A DNA stretch of 57,491 nt, filler included, from Catajapyx aquilonaris (GCA_000934665.2; 3 parts of 3 records of this genome joined end to end with filler, not necessarily neighbours in it); one strand, 5' to 3'. Numbered from the whole stretch's first letter, positions 12,622-25,085 are shown. Numbers and translations are program-made. The notes: generated by a model not told the origin, from the letters alone.

Positions 12622-14729
12622 GTCTGAGAGATAGGGGAGGAAGGGTGGGTCACAATGGTGTGCTCCGGGTGTCTTTCTTTTAATGGTTTCTGCTCCTGAT
12701 ACAGCTGCCTGTTTGTACCAGCGGGGTTGCAGACTTGCTATTGAATGCTGGAAAAGTTGCATGAAAGGCACAGTCAAATGTAAGCAAGTCCCGGTGTCTC
12801 AGAAGTTGAGTGTCCCAGTGTTTCTCTTTAAAGCAGATGACAGACATTTTAATCTTAATGAGGTTTTTGATGGTTCCTGAACCATAATAGTTATGCAATG
12901 TTCTCTCATGAATTTCGCCAGCATCCAAGCGTGCAACTTACGCAAGGTTAGTGTGATTTCGTAGCACGCTGATTACAAGACTGATTTTTGTTTCAAGTCA
13001 TCAGGCAATGTGTGAACCTATATTTTAGCAGACTTTTTTATGTTCCCGTTTGCGCATATTGCCTGCGACGCCATTGCGTTTGTCTGATACTTTTTTTTTT
13101 CAAAGCTCAATGGTGTCTGCCAAGTCACATACTGATGTTTCTCATTGTAATCCTAAGTACAGTGGTGCCATTTTTAACTTATTTTAATGCATTTTTTCTT
13201 AAAGCCCAGTTGCATTTTGAGCAGGACCGCCATCATCACAATGATCAGTACAAACGCGCTGAGATCTTAAGTGACTTGTTATGTATAATTCAGTTTCCGG
13301 TGCACACCCAGAGCACTGTGGGGAAACCGGGGTTTGGGGGTAGGGCAAGACTGGTCTGAGAATTCCTGCGATGCTGTCAGGGGCAGAGTCCGAGTTGGGG
13401 CGACAGTGGAAACTGAGAACTATGTGTGCATGAGAGTGAGCATGTGTGCGTGATGACTGAATAGGCCAGTGAAAGCTGTCCCCCAGCCAGTCTTTGTTGT
13501 CAGTCAGCTGAAATGAGCGACTGAATATGAAAAAAAGAGACTATCATGCAAAAAAAAAAAAAGAGTAACTGAGAAAAGATAACCTATGATTTGTAGAAGA
13601 ATCATAGTGACATTGAGGTTCCTATTAATTCCCATAATGAGGGCCAGAGCAGCCCACAACATGGCATTAAAAAAAGAGAATAAATAAATGCATGAAGTGA
13701 AAACTAGGCAGAGATAAACAAAAAAAATACTGTGCACATATTTTAGAAGTGACAATTCATGTTGTTCCTATTGTCAATTGAGTTGGCTATAATGTCATAG
13801 AGTATGAGAAAGAAAATCAGAGGAAGAATTTTAATTACGTAAAGAAACATTTACTGAATAGAGAGCCCATATATGTGTGTGTAGGTGGCCAGGTGCGTTT
13901 TGAAAAATGACTGACGTACACGGCTGCAATCAGCATTAAGACACGAAAAAAGAAAGAAAACGGTCCAAAAAAATACACAAAAAAAGATGAATGATATTAC
14001 TTTAGGATGTAGGTCTTTGACATGAAAAAAAACGTAATTGTAACCATGAGAAAAGTAACCCCCATGACAAAAAAAAAGAAAAAAAATTGTGTAATCCCGT
14101 TGAGTTTCTCTGAGTTGCATCATACGATAGATGTTAGGTTGGGGCTGTCCAGCGTTCCTTAGCAGAGGGCGTCGCTTGGGGGCAGGGGTCAGGTCAAATG
14201 AGGGTCAGGGGAGGTATGAAAGGAGGGTGGGGTGGGGGAGGGAGGGGAGCACAGCAGGGCTCGGTTGTTTCCGCGATGCACTCAAACTCATTCCGTCTCC
14301 ATGTCTCCATTTTTAAAGAAAAAAGAAGTTTAAAAAAGAGAAAGACTCCTTTTTGCAGGAAACCTATTCAGGGAAACGGAAGCTGTTTTACACGTGATTG
14401 TCCTCCGATTTTTGTACAGGGAATACAGACACTATTTATTGCCAGAAGTTTTTCTCGATACTCTTTGATATTTTGTTCTATAGCAAAGGTTTTAACAAAA
14501 GAAAAAAAGATGACATAATCAACCTCACAGTAAACTGGGTGCCTGGTGATGGAGTTGGGCGTGGGAGTTAAGCAGTATTGACACCTTTCTTTTCCGTTGT
14601 AGGAACCAAGTCCTGGGTTTGGAAGTTTTTGAGATGACATATCACTTGAATAGTGAGAAAGAGGAGATATGAATCTGCTTATATGCACTGCAACTGACAA
14701 TATTATACATCTACTTAAAAAACTCATTT

Positions 14730-14737
14730 CTACCTCA
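14730..14737 (+). promoter_or_regulatory. let-7 8-mer seed match (CTACCTCA) in putative abrupt 3' UTR
   Basis: Exact complement of let-7 nt 1-8; Drosophila abrupt is an established let-7 target; UTR extent inferred. Confidence 0.55.
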
Positions 14738-16286
14738 CATTGTAGACCAAATGGAAGAGAGGCATTGCACACCTTTTTTTCCCCCCTACCTTTACCATCC
14801 CCCCCACCTCTCCTCAACGTAGCCTTTAAAACAGTATACGACTTTCCCTCTCATGTAGACTTTACACCTTTGTACAAGAGGAATATTTTGTAATAGGAAT
14901 CCCTGCTCGTACCCTGTTATCATGTGAATCTCGTGCATTCCGTTCCGCCATATTTGAAAGAAAAATCTTAACGCCACACGTCACCAGGCACCAAGTCGTC
15001 CTCCTCCAAAGAGTACAAATGCGCCCGCAGGATAGGAAAAAAATAAACCCAAGTCCGTCAGCCTTTGCTGACTTCCTCTCTTATGCAAAAGCGGGGACGT
15101 ACTTATTTTTGTATACCTCGCAAAGACACACACACACAACACAACACAAAATGATGTAGGCGGCGTCCATTGTCACGCATGTTTCTTTTTTACTTCCCAC
15201 CTTCCTAAATGGTGACAATGCTTGTCGTTTTCTTTTCATGTCCTCCTGCCGCTCCAATCAGCCTTAAAAACAGATGGGGTGGGGTTAAAAATTAGAGGGA
15301 AGGGGTTGGGGGAAGGGTGGGGATGCCAGGATGTTATGTAGTAACATTGATAGCGTTTGGCATGTTTGGAAATTTTTGGATTTAAAAAGTGTAATTATCA
15401 GGAAACTGCCATGCAAAGTGAAACATTGGTTCTTGCCTAAATTAATTTTTTCCTACCACCATGTTTGATTCATAGCATGTGGTGCCTGGCTTTTAGTATT
15501 AAAAGTAAAAATGGGATAATAATTGTACGAAAGGAATGAATTTTGTTAAAAAATTGCAGCTGCATTTTTTCCCCCCCGTGGAATTTTATAACAGTTAACT
15601 CTGGATATGAGAGACTTCAAGGTAAATCAGTATCCTACAACCAAGGCTTCCTTCATCCCTTCGAGTTGGCTGTAACCAAGAGTTGCTTTTATCTGGAGTC
15701 AACTGTATGGGGATTGAAATTTTAAGATATATGGCAGTGAGGAGAGTTGATTTTTTATAAATTTCCGAAAGAAACAGTTGCCCGTAACTTGAAAGTCTTG
15801 CTATGCTGCTTCAATTGTTGCTACATGACACCCTTCTCTTAGTTTAAAAAAATCTGAATAAACCGAAATGAAACATTAAAAAAAACAAATATCCGAGTCC
15901 CTGTGCCGGCCTTCTGGCGACGTGCGTCCGCAGGTGCTTCTTGTTGCTCGTGTAGATATTTAGCCCCGTGAAGTGGGTCTTTATTTGGGTTGGGTTAAAT
16001 GAATTAGAGAATAAAAACTACAAAAAAAAAAAAGTGTGGGGGTGTATATAACGTCAAAATGCTTGTTGCAGTTGTCAGGAAAGATATGGTTCGTTTTATT
16101 TTGGGGGGGGAGGGGNACAGAATGTGGGGGTGGGGTGGGGTCAGTGTTGCCTTGTGTTTTTCCATGTCGTGCAGTTTTTGGTGTTTTTTTTTTGTTTTGT
16201 TTTTTGAAAGCAAAAGATATATAGAGAGAGGGAGAGAGGAGGAAGCCCCCAACCGCCTCTCACCAGCTATGAGGACTGATGTGAGA

Positions 16287-16294
16287 CTACCTCA
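16287..16294 (+). promoter_or_regulatory. second let-7 8-mer seed match (aCTACCTCA) in putative abrupt 3' UTR
   Basis: Exact seed match; lies beyond several AATAAA, so needs a long UTR isoform. Confidence 0.45.
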
Positions 16295-18417
16295 GGTGCC
16301 CGAGCAGCTGATGCCCTTCTCTGCCCTTCCTAAACCTCGTTTCCCCGATTTTGAGAACCTTCCCAAGTTTTTATGCATACCTGCACTCACCTCATGTGCT
16401 TCCCGTACAAAAATTTTAAGTGGCAAATTTTTAAAGCTGTGCACATGGAGAGCATCAGCTGCTCGCACAATTTTACATCAATTTTATGTTCCGCAATTTT
16501 TTTTTACTCTTTTCAAGTAGGTTTTTTTTTTCTTATTTTAAGGTATAGTGCATGCCTCTCTTTGTAGATGGTAACTATTTTACTACTTACAAATGGTGAT
16601 GATTTTAAGACTCAGTTTTTGTACATTTCTTTTTTGTTTTGTATTTTTTTTTTTAACGCTGTAAGTTTTAAGAAAGATTTTTGTTCTGTGCCATATGTTG
16701 TGTTTTCTGTCCAGGTTAACTGGCCGGCGGCAAAGATTTCCCCTATATTAGTGACATAGTACAGTTGTGGCATTTGTGGCGCCAACTTGCAAATGACTGA
16801 TCTGAATTATTATAGTTGGTGGCATTTGTGTTTACATCACTTGTGACAGTTACACTTTTTTTTTTTTCCTAATACGTTTCATATTTATTACCTTCCCAAA
16901 CTAAGGAAATGTTTGGTGCCTGCCTTTACTTGGAATGTTTCTCATATCACGTTTTGGCTACACCCTCTCTCCTCTGGTCAGGTATATGCATAACCTCTCT
17001 CTTCCGCTTAACTCTTATTTTCTCATCAGTTGGTTCCTTCAGAATGCAATCAGCGAAACCCCATTTTTGAAATGGATATGTAGTGGTTGGTGATGCTTTC
17101 GGCATGTAGATTTGTGCCACGAGCACTATCAGCCACTATTGTACACTGAAAGTGCAATGAATAGTTAAAGTTCAGTGTTATTATACCAAAAATGTAGTCC
17201 CTAAATTGCACAATATGATTGATCTAGAGTCAAGCCATTGTTTCAGATTAGGAGTGACTTAATGCCAGTTTTGTGTACGATGGCATTCTGAAGCAACCAA
17301 ATTATGGCAAGAAAAAATGAGAGTTAACTTCCTTTTTCTTGGGCAAAAGTTTGGTCGGGGTGCGGGTGTTGGCTGCATTTCTTGAGGGTGTGGGGGGGGT
17401 GAGGGTTAAGGGGGGAGATTTTGGGGAGGGTGCATTTTGGGGGTGGGGGGGTGGTGCCGGGGCGGCCGAATCTCAGGGGATTTTAAAAAAAGGAAGAAAA
17501 AAATATAGCGAAGGGGCTGCCCGCCCAGCACTGACTCCGACTGACTAATCCTCCGCTGCAGACTGATCCAAGACTTGGCGGGGCAGGCCCCCTCCTCGGC
17601 TCATCGCTCAGGGCGGACCCTGGCTGCCCCCACCCGCCAGAGGGTGCCTTGGGGTGGGGGTGGGGGGAGTGAATGGGGAGGGTTATAGGGAAGGGGGTGG
17701 CTTGGTCAGGATCTCGGGTGGGGGAGGGGAGGGGGGGGGGGAGGGTACAGCCATCAAAAGTGTCACCACCGTAATTATGCCTGCTTGGAGTGCAGCTTCC
17801 AATAATTATAAAAGTACAGTACTATGCATACAAATGCAATTCACAGTACAATATTCTTTGGGGATTATTTTCCTGATGGGGGTCCCTACTCCCTTGCCTG
17901 AAGTTGGATGCAAGCGCAGCTTATTTTACAAGAGCAATTTTTTGACGCAGCTTATATAGTCAAGCAATGACATTTGCAAACTGATGTTGTAGAACTTGAC
18001 AAGAACACTTGGCAACTTTTCTGCAAATGTGTAATGAAGTTATAGAAGCCTCATATATTGATGAAATAGTACATCCATGAAAGGCATTCATACAAAGTCT
18101 ACAGTGTAGTTTGTTACTACGTATTATCACTGTAAGTGTGTAGGTGACATGCCTTGTAACATTGTGTCAATTTTTGTTGTGCATGTAGGTCACCAAAATG
18201 TTGTATTAGGTGTTTGCTCGACTTCGGATGAATGCTTTGCCTGTTTCGCAGATATCAGTAGTTTTAACACTTTGAAGTTGACAGAGGTTATGCATAAGAC
18301 AATCTGCAAGTGAAGGTGCATTTTTTTGGGTGGTGACACATTTTGATGCCACTCTTCTTTTGGGAAGAGAGTAGGGTAAGGGCAGAGGGGGCACACATAA
18401 ACATTAGCAATGGGGGG

Positions 18418-18517
18418 NNNNNNNNNNNNNNNNNNNNNNNNNNNNNNNNNNNNNNNNNNNNTTAATTAATTAANNNNNNNNNNNNNNNNNNNNNNNNNNN
18501 NNNNNNNNNNNNNNNNN
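18418..18517. other. artificial assembly spacer (N44-TTAATTAATTAA-N44)
   Basis: Six-frame stop linker inside Ns; identical structure at 36642-36741. Confidence 0.97.
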
Positions 18518-18786
18518 CCTGTCAACCAAATTTGGCACAGGAGTAGAGGAGACATAGCTGCGATTCCCTATGTCATGCATTTACCAATATGTCCGCAACC
18601 ATGTCGCTGGTAAGTATTCATTGGTCTAAGTTGGGCATTTTAACAATTTTCAAGGTCAAAAAAGGGGGTGTTACACTTGTCGGAAAAAATTTTATTTTCA
18701 TATTTGAAGTTTGGGAGGTCCACTTAACAAAACCTGAAATGTGCCTTTTGATCCAATAAAATTCGTCCAATGACGCTACACCCTAC

Positions 18787-19158
18787 TGTTCAACTCTTGC
18801 GCGACGTGACCTCTCCAACTCATGCGGGGCGTGTCCTGTCCATCTCTTGCGCGACGTGATCCGTCCAACTCTTGCGCGACGTGTCCTGTCCATCTTCTGC
18901 GGGGCGTGACCTGTTCAACTCTTGCGCGACGTGACCTGTCCAACTCTTGCGCGACGTGTCCTGTCCAAATCTTGCGCGACGTGTCCTGTCCATCTCTTGC
19001 GCGACGTGTCCTATCTATCTTCTGCGGGGCGTGACCTGTTCAACTCTTGCGCGACGTGTCCTGTCCAACTCTTGCGCGACGTGTCCTGTCCATCTCTTGC
19101 GCGACGTGTCCTGTCCATCCACTGCGCGATGTGTCCTGTCCAACTCTTGCGCGACGTG
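18787..19158. repeat. 25-bp minisatellite (ctgtccaactcttgcgcgacgtgtc), ~15 copies
   Basis: Direct tandem units with no unique spacers. Confidence 0.9.
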
Positions 19159-19240
19159 GAATAATATATAGCCTACTCATTTTGCCTCCTCTTAGCCTCA
19201 CCTCCTAGGTCCCAGGACTTTTAGTATGTTTGCCTCCTAA

Positions 19241-19822
19241 AGGTGTGTTTATACCGTCTGGAAGTGACGGCAGTTCCGGCGAACTGGGTGCTTTGGCCAC
19301 GGAAACCGTGGCCACCAGAAATAATGTCGCAAGGAATCGAGCGCCTCCGACCGCATTTCTCCCTAGGAGTCTTTTCTGCAAGGAGCAAGGGATTCCTAAC
19401 CTCTGCTGTGCCCCTGCTGACCAATCAGAGCCTTCCCCGCATGCGCGCTCACAGATGAGACGCCCATCCCTTTGCCTTTCTCTTTTCGAACCAATCAACG
19501 ACGGTAGAGGGTGGAGTTCATCCCCCACATACAAGATGGCTGCAACCGAGAAGTACAGCAAAGGAGCTCCCAGTTCCCCTCGCCGGCAGGAGGAGAAGCG
19601 GGTCTCCCGCGGCTCGCATCCATGCCATTGCCCGGCCGCCCCTCCATCCCTCTACCCCAGCCCTCCACAACTGATGACTCGCGAGCTCCGAGTCCGTGTC
19701 CGAGTCTCACTCCTCGCTGGCTGTGCGACCGCAATGGCGTAAACGGATAGTACGATTCGAGTTCCCGGCAGGAAATTAGTTCGCCGGAACTGGGCTCACT
19801 TCCAGACGGTATAAACACACCT
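19241..19822. mobile_element. PIF/Harbinger-type MITE, copy 1
   Basis: TIRs aggtgtgtttataccgtctggaagtga / tcacttccagacggtataaacacacct; 3-bp TAA target duplication at 19238-40 and 19823-25. Confidence 0.85.
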
Positions 19823-19825
19823 TAA

Positions 19826-21294
19826 AGGTGTGTTTATACCGTCTGGAAGTGACGGCAGTTCCGGCGAACTGGGTGCTTCGGCAACGGAAACCGTGGCCAC
19901 CAGAAATAATGTCGCAAGGAATCGAGCGCCTGCGACCGCTTTTCTCCATAGGAGTCTTTTCTGCAAGGAGCAACGGATTCCTAACTCCATCTGACCAATC
20001 AGAGCCTTCCCCGTATGCGCGCGCACAGTTGAGACGCCTATCCCTTTGCCTTTCTCTTTTCCAACCAATCAACGACGGTAGAGGGTGGAGTTCATCCCCC
20101 ACATACAAGATGGCTGCCAAAGAGCTTATACTAGGAAGAGTGGAAAAAACGGTTTCCAAGCGTCGCCACTTTTTGGCCAGATGTTTGGCCAACGTGTTTT
20201 GCTGATGGCTCACTACGCGGCGCCACTAGGCGGCACCGTCGAGTGCTGTCGAGATGAATTTCAATAAACTGTGTTGATTTAATATCAAGAGGCACATAAT
20301 TAAGAGTTATAAATCTAAAAACTGACCAATATGAGGTCGTATGGGGTTAAGGAACTAATATTGGACCCGAAACTGATATTCTGCGCAGCTGGCCACCCTG
20401 CACCTAACAATACAAATAATCACCTCGTTGCTTAGAAATCACGTTCGAATTTCGAAATTGAACAAGTTCCTTTGCCGGCATAGTGTGGCGTAGACGTTCG
20501 GGTGCCGCGTGCTACTACTGCTGTTCGCGCACAGGGTCTCGGATCACATTATTTTCGTTACCAAAGGGCCCTCCACGGTTCTCGAGTTCACGGGAAGAAG
20601 AACAAGCCCGTCCCGCCACGACAAGATGGACATAGCAGCGGGGGGTATATCTTCCTGTCATGTGACCATGTTCAGCATCATTATCAGTGTGTACCTTGGT
20701 GTACCTTGTAGTGGAAATCAATAAACTTCTGGCAAATAATATTTGCTTTTCGTGATGGTTTTTTATTCACAGGTCTTCTGCAACGTGTTTTGTCGGCAAT
20801 TTGACGGGAGTATACTAGTACCTATGACTTATTTCCAACCTCTGGGGCTTTTATTGCCATATTTCCGGCACTGCCTCGATCTACCGTATTGTACAATACA
20901 GTATCGAGTTTCGCTGTCGACTCGCCAGGTGGCAGGTCAGTCGATTGGCGACACGGTTGCTATGCTACCGGCTGTTTTTTCCACTCTTCCTAGTTTTAAG
21001 CTCTTTGATGGCTGCAACCGAGAAGTACAGCAAAGGAGCTCCCAGTTCCCCTCGCCGGCAGGAGGAGAAGCGGGTCTCCCGCGGCTCGCATCCATGCCAT
21101 TGCCCGGCCGCCCCTCCATCCCTCTACCCCAGCCCTCCACAACTGATTACTCGCGAGCTCCGAGTCCGTGTCCGAGTCTCACTCCTCGCTGGCTGTGCGA
21201 CCGCAATGGCGTAAACGGATAGTACGATTCGAGTGCCCGGCAGGAAATTAGTTCGCCGGAACTGGGCTCACTTCCAGACGGTATAAACACACCT
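19826..21294. mobile_element. PIF/Harbinger-type MITE, copy 2 (tandem with copy 1, interrupted by a nested element)
   Basis: Same TIRs and body as copy 1; shares TAA 19823-25; ends before TAA 21295-97. Confidence 0.85.
20118..21007. mobile_element. nested non-autonomous DNA transposon with 8-bp TSD (P- or hAT-type)
   Basis: TIRs caaagagcttatactaggaagagtggaaaaaac / gttttttccactcttcctagttttaagctctttg; TSD ATGGCTGC at 20110-17 and 21008-15; the empty site is visible in copy 1 (caagatggctgcaaccgag). Confidence 0.88.
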
Positions 21295-21985
21295 TAACTA
21301 GTCCAAACAAACCCCTGAGGTCAATTCTTGCCTTCCCATCATTTCCGTCTACACCCCGTTCATTGCCTGGACTAATAAGTAATAACCTTTTCCTCTCCGC
21401 AAGGGATTCCCCACCTCTGGACATTTCTTTCTCCGCCCCAGGTGGTCTCTCTGTCAACCAGACTGGGCACCACTGGCTACTGGAGCTGTCACCTCTCGCT
21501 GTGCCCCCATCCAGCCCCATAACACCTTCCTGTCTAGTACTATTCGACCCTCACCTACCTCTAAACCATAAACACATCCATCGATGGGATGTACCTGCAG
21601 CACCCGCGATCTTAGCTGTGGCACCATTAATTCATCTAGCTCTGCCCTGGCTGCCCCTCACCCGGGAGCTCCAATGTCCTTCTCGGCAGGTCCCCTCGGC
21701 CATCGTGTGGCAACAGCACCTGCACCCTCATTGTTGCCCCTCTCCAACGGTTCATTTGGTGCAGATGAGATGGGGCCGGTGATCACATTCCAAATGGATT
21801 GATGGTAGGGAAGACCTTCAGAGGCGCCCTTCCAACCCCACTGGCAAAAGCCCTCTTCAAAATCGTCAATCTCTCTTCCACTTCCCTCTTGTATGTGCCT
21901 TCATCCCTCGAGGCTCTGACTTTCTGCCTCCACAACCATCTGCACCTGCACCAACTTCTCTCCCAAGTTCCGGAGTCGGCTGAAA

Positions 21986-22382
21986 TCAAGTATACGGGAC
22001 ATTCGCCGAGGAAACAGTACCTGCGGCTTGCCGACCCTTTGATTGTTTGTTTTGCTACTGGGTTTCAAGTCCGGGAAGTGACCAGGGACCCCGGAATTAA
22101 TTATTCCTCAAGCTTCACCAGAATGCAGATGGGATCATTGTCATCCTAATTGTCATCTCTCAGTTCGAATCGTAAGTTGCTAGGTTACGATTCGAACTGA
22201 GAGATGACAATAATTAGGATGACAATGATCCCATCTGCATTCTGGTGAAGCTTGAGGAATTAATTCCGGGATCCCTGGTCACTTCCCGGACTTCAAACCC
22301 AGAAGCAAAACAACGAATCAAAGGGTCGGCAAGCGGCAGGTACTGTTTCCTAATTGATTCGACGAATGTCCCGTATACTTGA
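21986..22382. mobile_element. near-perfect palindromic MITE (~190-bp arms, ~9-nt loop)
   Basis: tcaagtatacgggacattcg...gttcgaatcgtaa | ttacgattcgaac...cgaatgtcccgtatacttga. Confidence 0.85.
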
Positions 22383-22784
22383 CGTAAGCCTTGCCTGCAG
22401 CTGCTGCTCGTCTCGTCTCTGACACAATGCTGGGGAGTAGACATCTCAGGCCCCTGGCTTCCCTGGCACCCACTGTTTGGGAGCCATACTCTCAAACGGG
22501 GTGACTTCGTGCCAGGTGGGGATTGTGCCCGCGCGTTTTTTTCCCCTCCCTCTCGCAAGCGACCACCACAGAATAACTACACAGAGTCTAGTTTAACACC
22601 ACTCAGGAAGACTCCGTTAGGGCAACCCATTCAGCAGAACGGCCGATACAGGACTCCACTCAACAATCATATCCCCTCACATCAACAATCATATCCCCTC
22701 ACATAAACAACAGGCCGGCAACATCGGTAACACACAAAAGCAGGTTGCCAGGATGCTATATTAAATATTACTGTTTATTAATTT

Positions 22785-23775
22785 GAAGACCTCGGGAGAA
22801 GAATGATCAAGGTCCGCATCAGGTGAAACTGAGATATTCCAATTTCAAAGGATATTACACCATCCTTATGGGAAATTGCTTTCAGTTCAATTCTCCCAAT
22901 TTTTTATGTGTTGTAGAAAATAAGATGGTAATCAATTCTTAACATTGCGCCAAGACCTGAAAATCATCAGGTCACCCACTACATCGGGTCAAAGGTGGAC
23001 CCTAAGGTGGACTAAAATGATTTACAATTTATTTTTTCCCCACATCTACAGTGCTCATATAGGTCGGCAGATAGTCACACATTATAGATAGAATCATCCT
23101 GTAGCTGAATGCACTACCACCACACGTGTGTCAACCTCTCCAGGCCCTCCGGGATCTACTTTTTGGAGGTGACTAGATGAGACGCACCCACTACCGGACA
23201 ACTGTGCACAATCAACAACATAAACAACTGTCAACAGTGTCCTGGAAATGGCATCGGCGAAGGGTATTCTTTTCATGGATCTGGGTTTGGGTGCTTATAC
23301 TTCCACTCACTCACCCGGCGTGGCCGCCAGTGACTTTCACCTGTTCAGATCCATGAAAAAAACTCCTTCGCTGATGCAATTTCCAGGAAATTGTTGACTG
23401 TAAGCAGGTGTCCGGGAGGGGGTGCACCGAACCTCCAAAAATTGGATCCCGGAGGGGCTGGAAAGGTTGCCACACCCATGACTCCTGTTCATTCAGCTCC
23501 AGGAGGATTCTATCTATAATGTGTGACTATCTGCCGACCTGTACAGGCATTGTATTTGTGGGGGGGAAGGGGGGGGGGGAAATAAATTGTAAACCATTTT
23601 AGTATGGCCCTCGTAAATCCCACTTTCAGGGCCTTCCATAGAGACCTATGACCATTACTCCACAACCATGACCAAACCATGATATTCTACGGTAGTGAAA
23701 CTATCTTATGAGGTGATTATGTAACTAATTTTTGACAAAAAGAGGACCTTGATCGTTCTTCTCCCGAGGTCTTCA
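22785..23775. mobile_element. ~1-kb element with terminal and internal inverted repeats; centre contains a mariner transposase fragment
   Basis: tgaagacctcgggagaagaatgatcaaggtcc / ggaccttgatcgttcttctcccgaggtcttca; second inverted pair ~23015-23110 vs ~23490-23600; 23308-23361 reads HSPGVAASDFHLFRSMKK (cf. mariner YSPDLAPSDFHLFRSL). Confidence 0.7.
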
Positions 23776-23838
23776 TTTGTTAAGTCCCTTGCCTGACCCA
23801 TTTAAAAAGTAGAACTTCCCAATTACACAGCCTGACTA

Positions 23839-23840
<2 letters not shown>

Positions 23841-23914
<74 letters not shown>
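23841..23914. repeat. (AT)n microsatellite
   Basis: Pure AT dinucleotide run. Confidence 0.98.
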
Positions 23915-23917
<3 letters not shown>

Positions 23918-24011
23918 ATATTATGTCCCATATCATTCGAAAACACTGTATCAAAGTTATTCATGCCCATTCTAACCTCTTGATTAACACAGCTTGTTAT
24001 CTGAAACTTAA

Positions 24012-24297
24012 CCCTGGAACCGTGACATGCCTGAACGTTACGTTAACTGTGACGTGGGGTCTTTTAGGACCCCATACATATTTTAATTTTTATTAATTTT
24101 TATATAACACTTTTCAACGGATTGGTTATATGAAATCATTCTTTGAACAATGCTGAAAATGATATCTACTTCAAAATAAAAAAAAGCATTTCCTGTTATA
24201 TACTTTTTTTTAAATGGCAGCAGTTCATTGTAATTATCATTTTAATGCATTTTAATTCCCATGGGGTCCTAAAAGACCCCACGTCACAGTTCCAGGG
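24012..24297. mobile_element. piggyBac-type MITE
   Basis: TTAA|ccctggaac.gtgac ... gtcacagttccaggg|TTAA with subterminal inverted tggggtcttttaggacccca. Confidence 0.85.
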
Positions 24298-25085
24298 TTA
24301 AGCTCGTTTTAGGGCAGGGAGATGTTACCTCGATCACATTTCACTTTTACTAGTCTTGCCCATAAATACATAGGTAAACTCAGAGGGAAACTTTTCAGGG
24401 TATTGATCAACCTGCCAAGAGCTGTTGACTCACATTAACGGACAAGGTGAACCTCTCAGCGCGGTCTTATTTAATTCATTCTGGTCTGACCTTGACCTAG
24501 TGTCAAATAGCTCTCCGGGGGTTAGTTTCAGCCCTAACACTCCTGAATTCATACTCTTTCTATTCTTACAAGGAAGATACAATTCCTCTCGTTGATAATA
24601 ATCCCCTCTATTTGCAAAAAAACCCTCAAAGTTTCCGAGTAGTTTTATAGGAAGAATCTGGTCAATCTAAATCTCAACGAAACCAAAAAGTGCTATGTTT
24701 TAAAAGGCTAGTAAATGTCGGGAATTCTCTTTTTACTAGGATGCCACCGCCATTCCTTGGATAAACACCTACACCTTTTAAATTGGGGGTCCCCTTTAGC
24801 TCCAGCTGAAACTTCTCTAATGACAGTAAATACTTCAAAGTGAAATCATTAGTGCCAATTAACAGTCTCTGGTCAATTCTTATGAATTCACAGCTTCATG
24901 ATATTCAAGTTGCTACCATTCAATGCTCTAGTAGATCCGGTATTTTTCTACGATGCAGGTTTGGGGGATCACCATGGTTAATGTGTTCAATCAAATGCAA
25001 AACTACTTCCTCACACCTCCTCCTCCACCAAAACACGGCTAATTACTTCTTACACTGTCTTGGAGACTGGCCTGCACCCCTTATA

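Noticed and set aside
18787..19158. CRISPR-like regular short repeats
   Set aside because: Units are contiguous with no unique spacers, there are no cas genes, and the context is eukaryotic; it is a minisatellite.
19205..21222. ORFs of 100-170 aa in the MITE dimer, and mirrored ORFs in 48510-50475 and 36841-38191
   Set aside because: They arise from repeat or palindrome sequence and have no protein-family features.
21300..22740. Possible LINE ORF1/5' remnant on the minus strand around the palindrome
   Set aside because: Composition is suggestive but no diagnostic motif was recognised.
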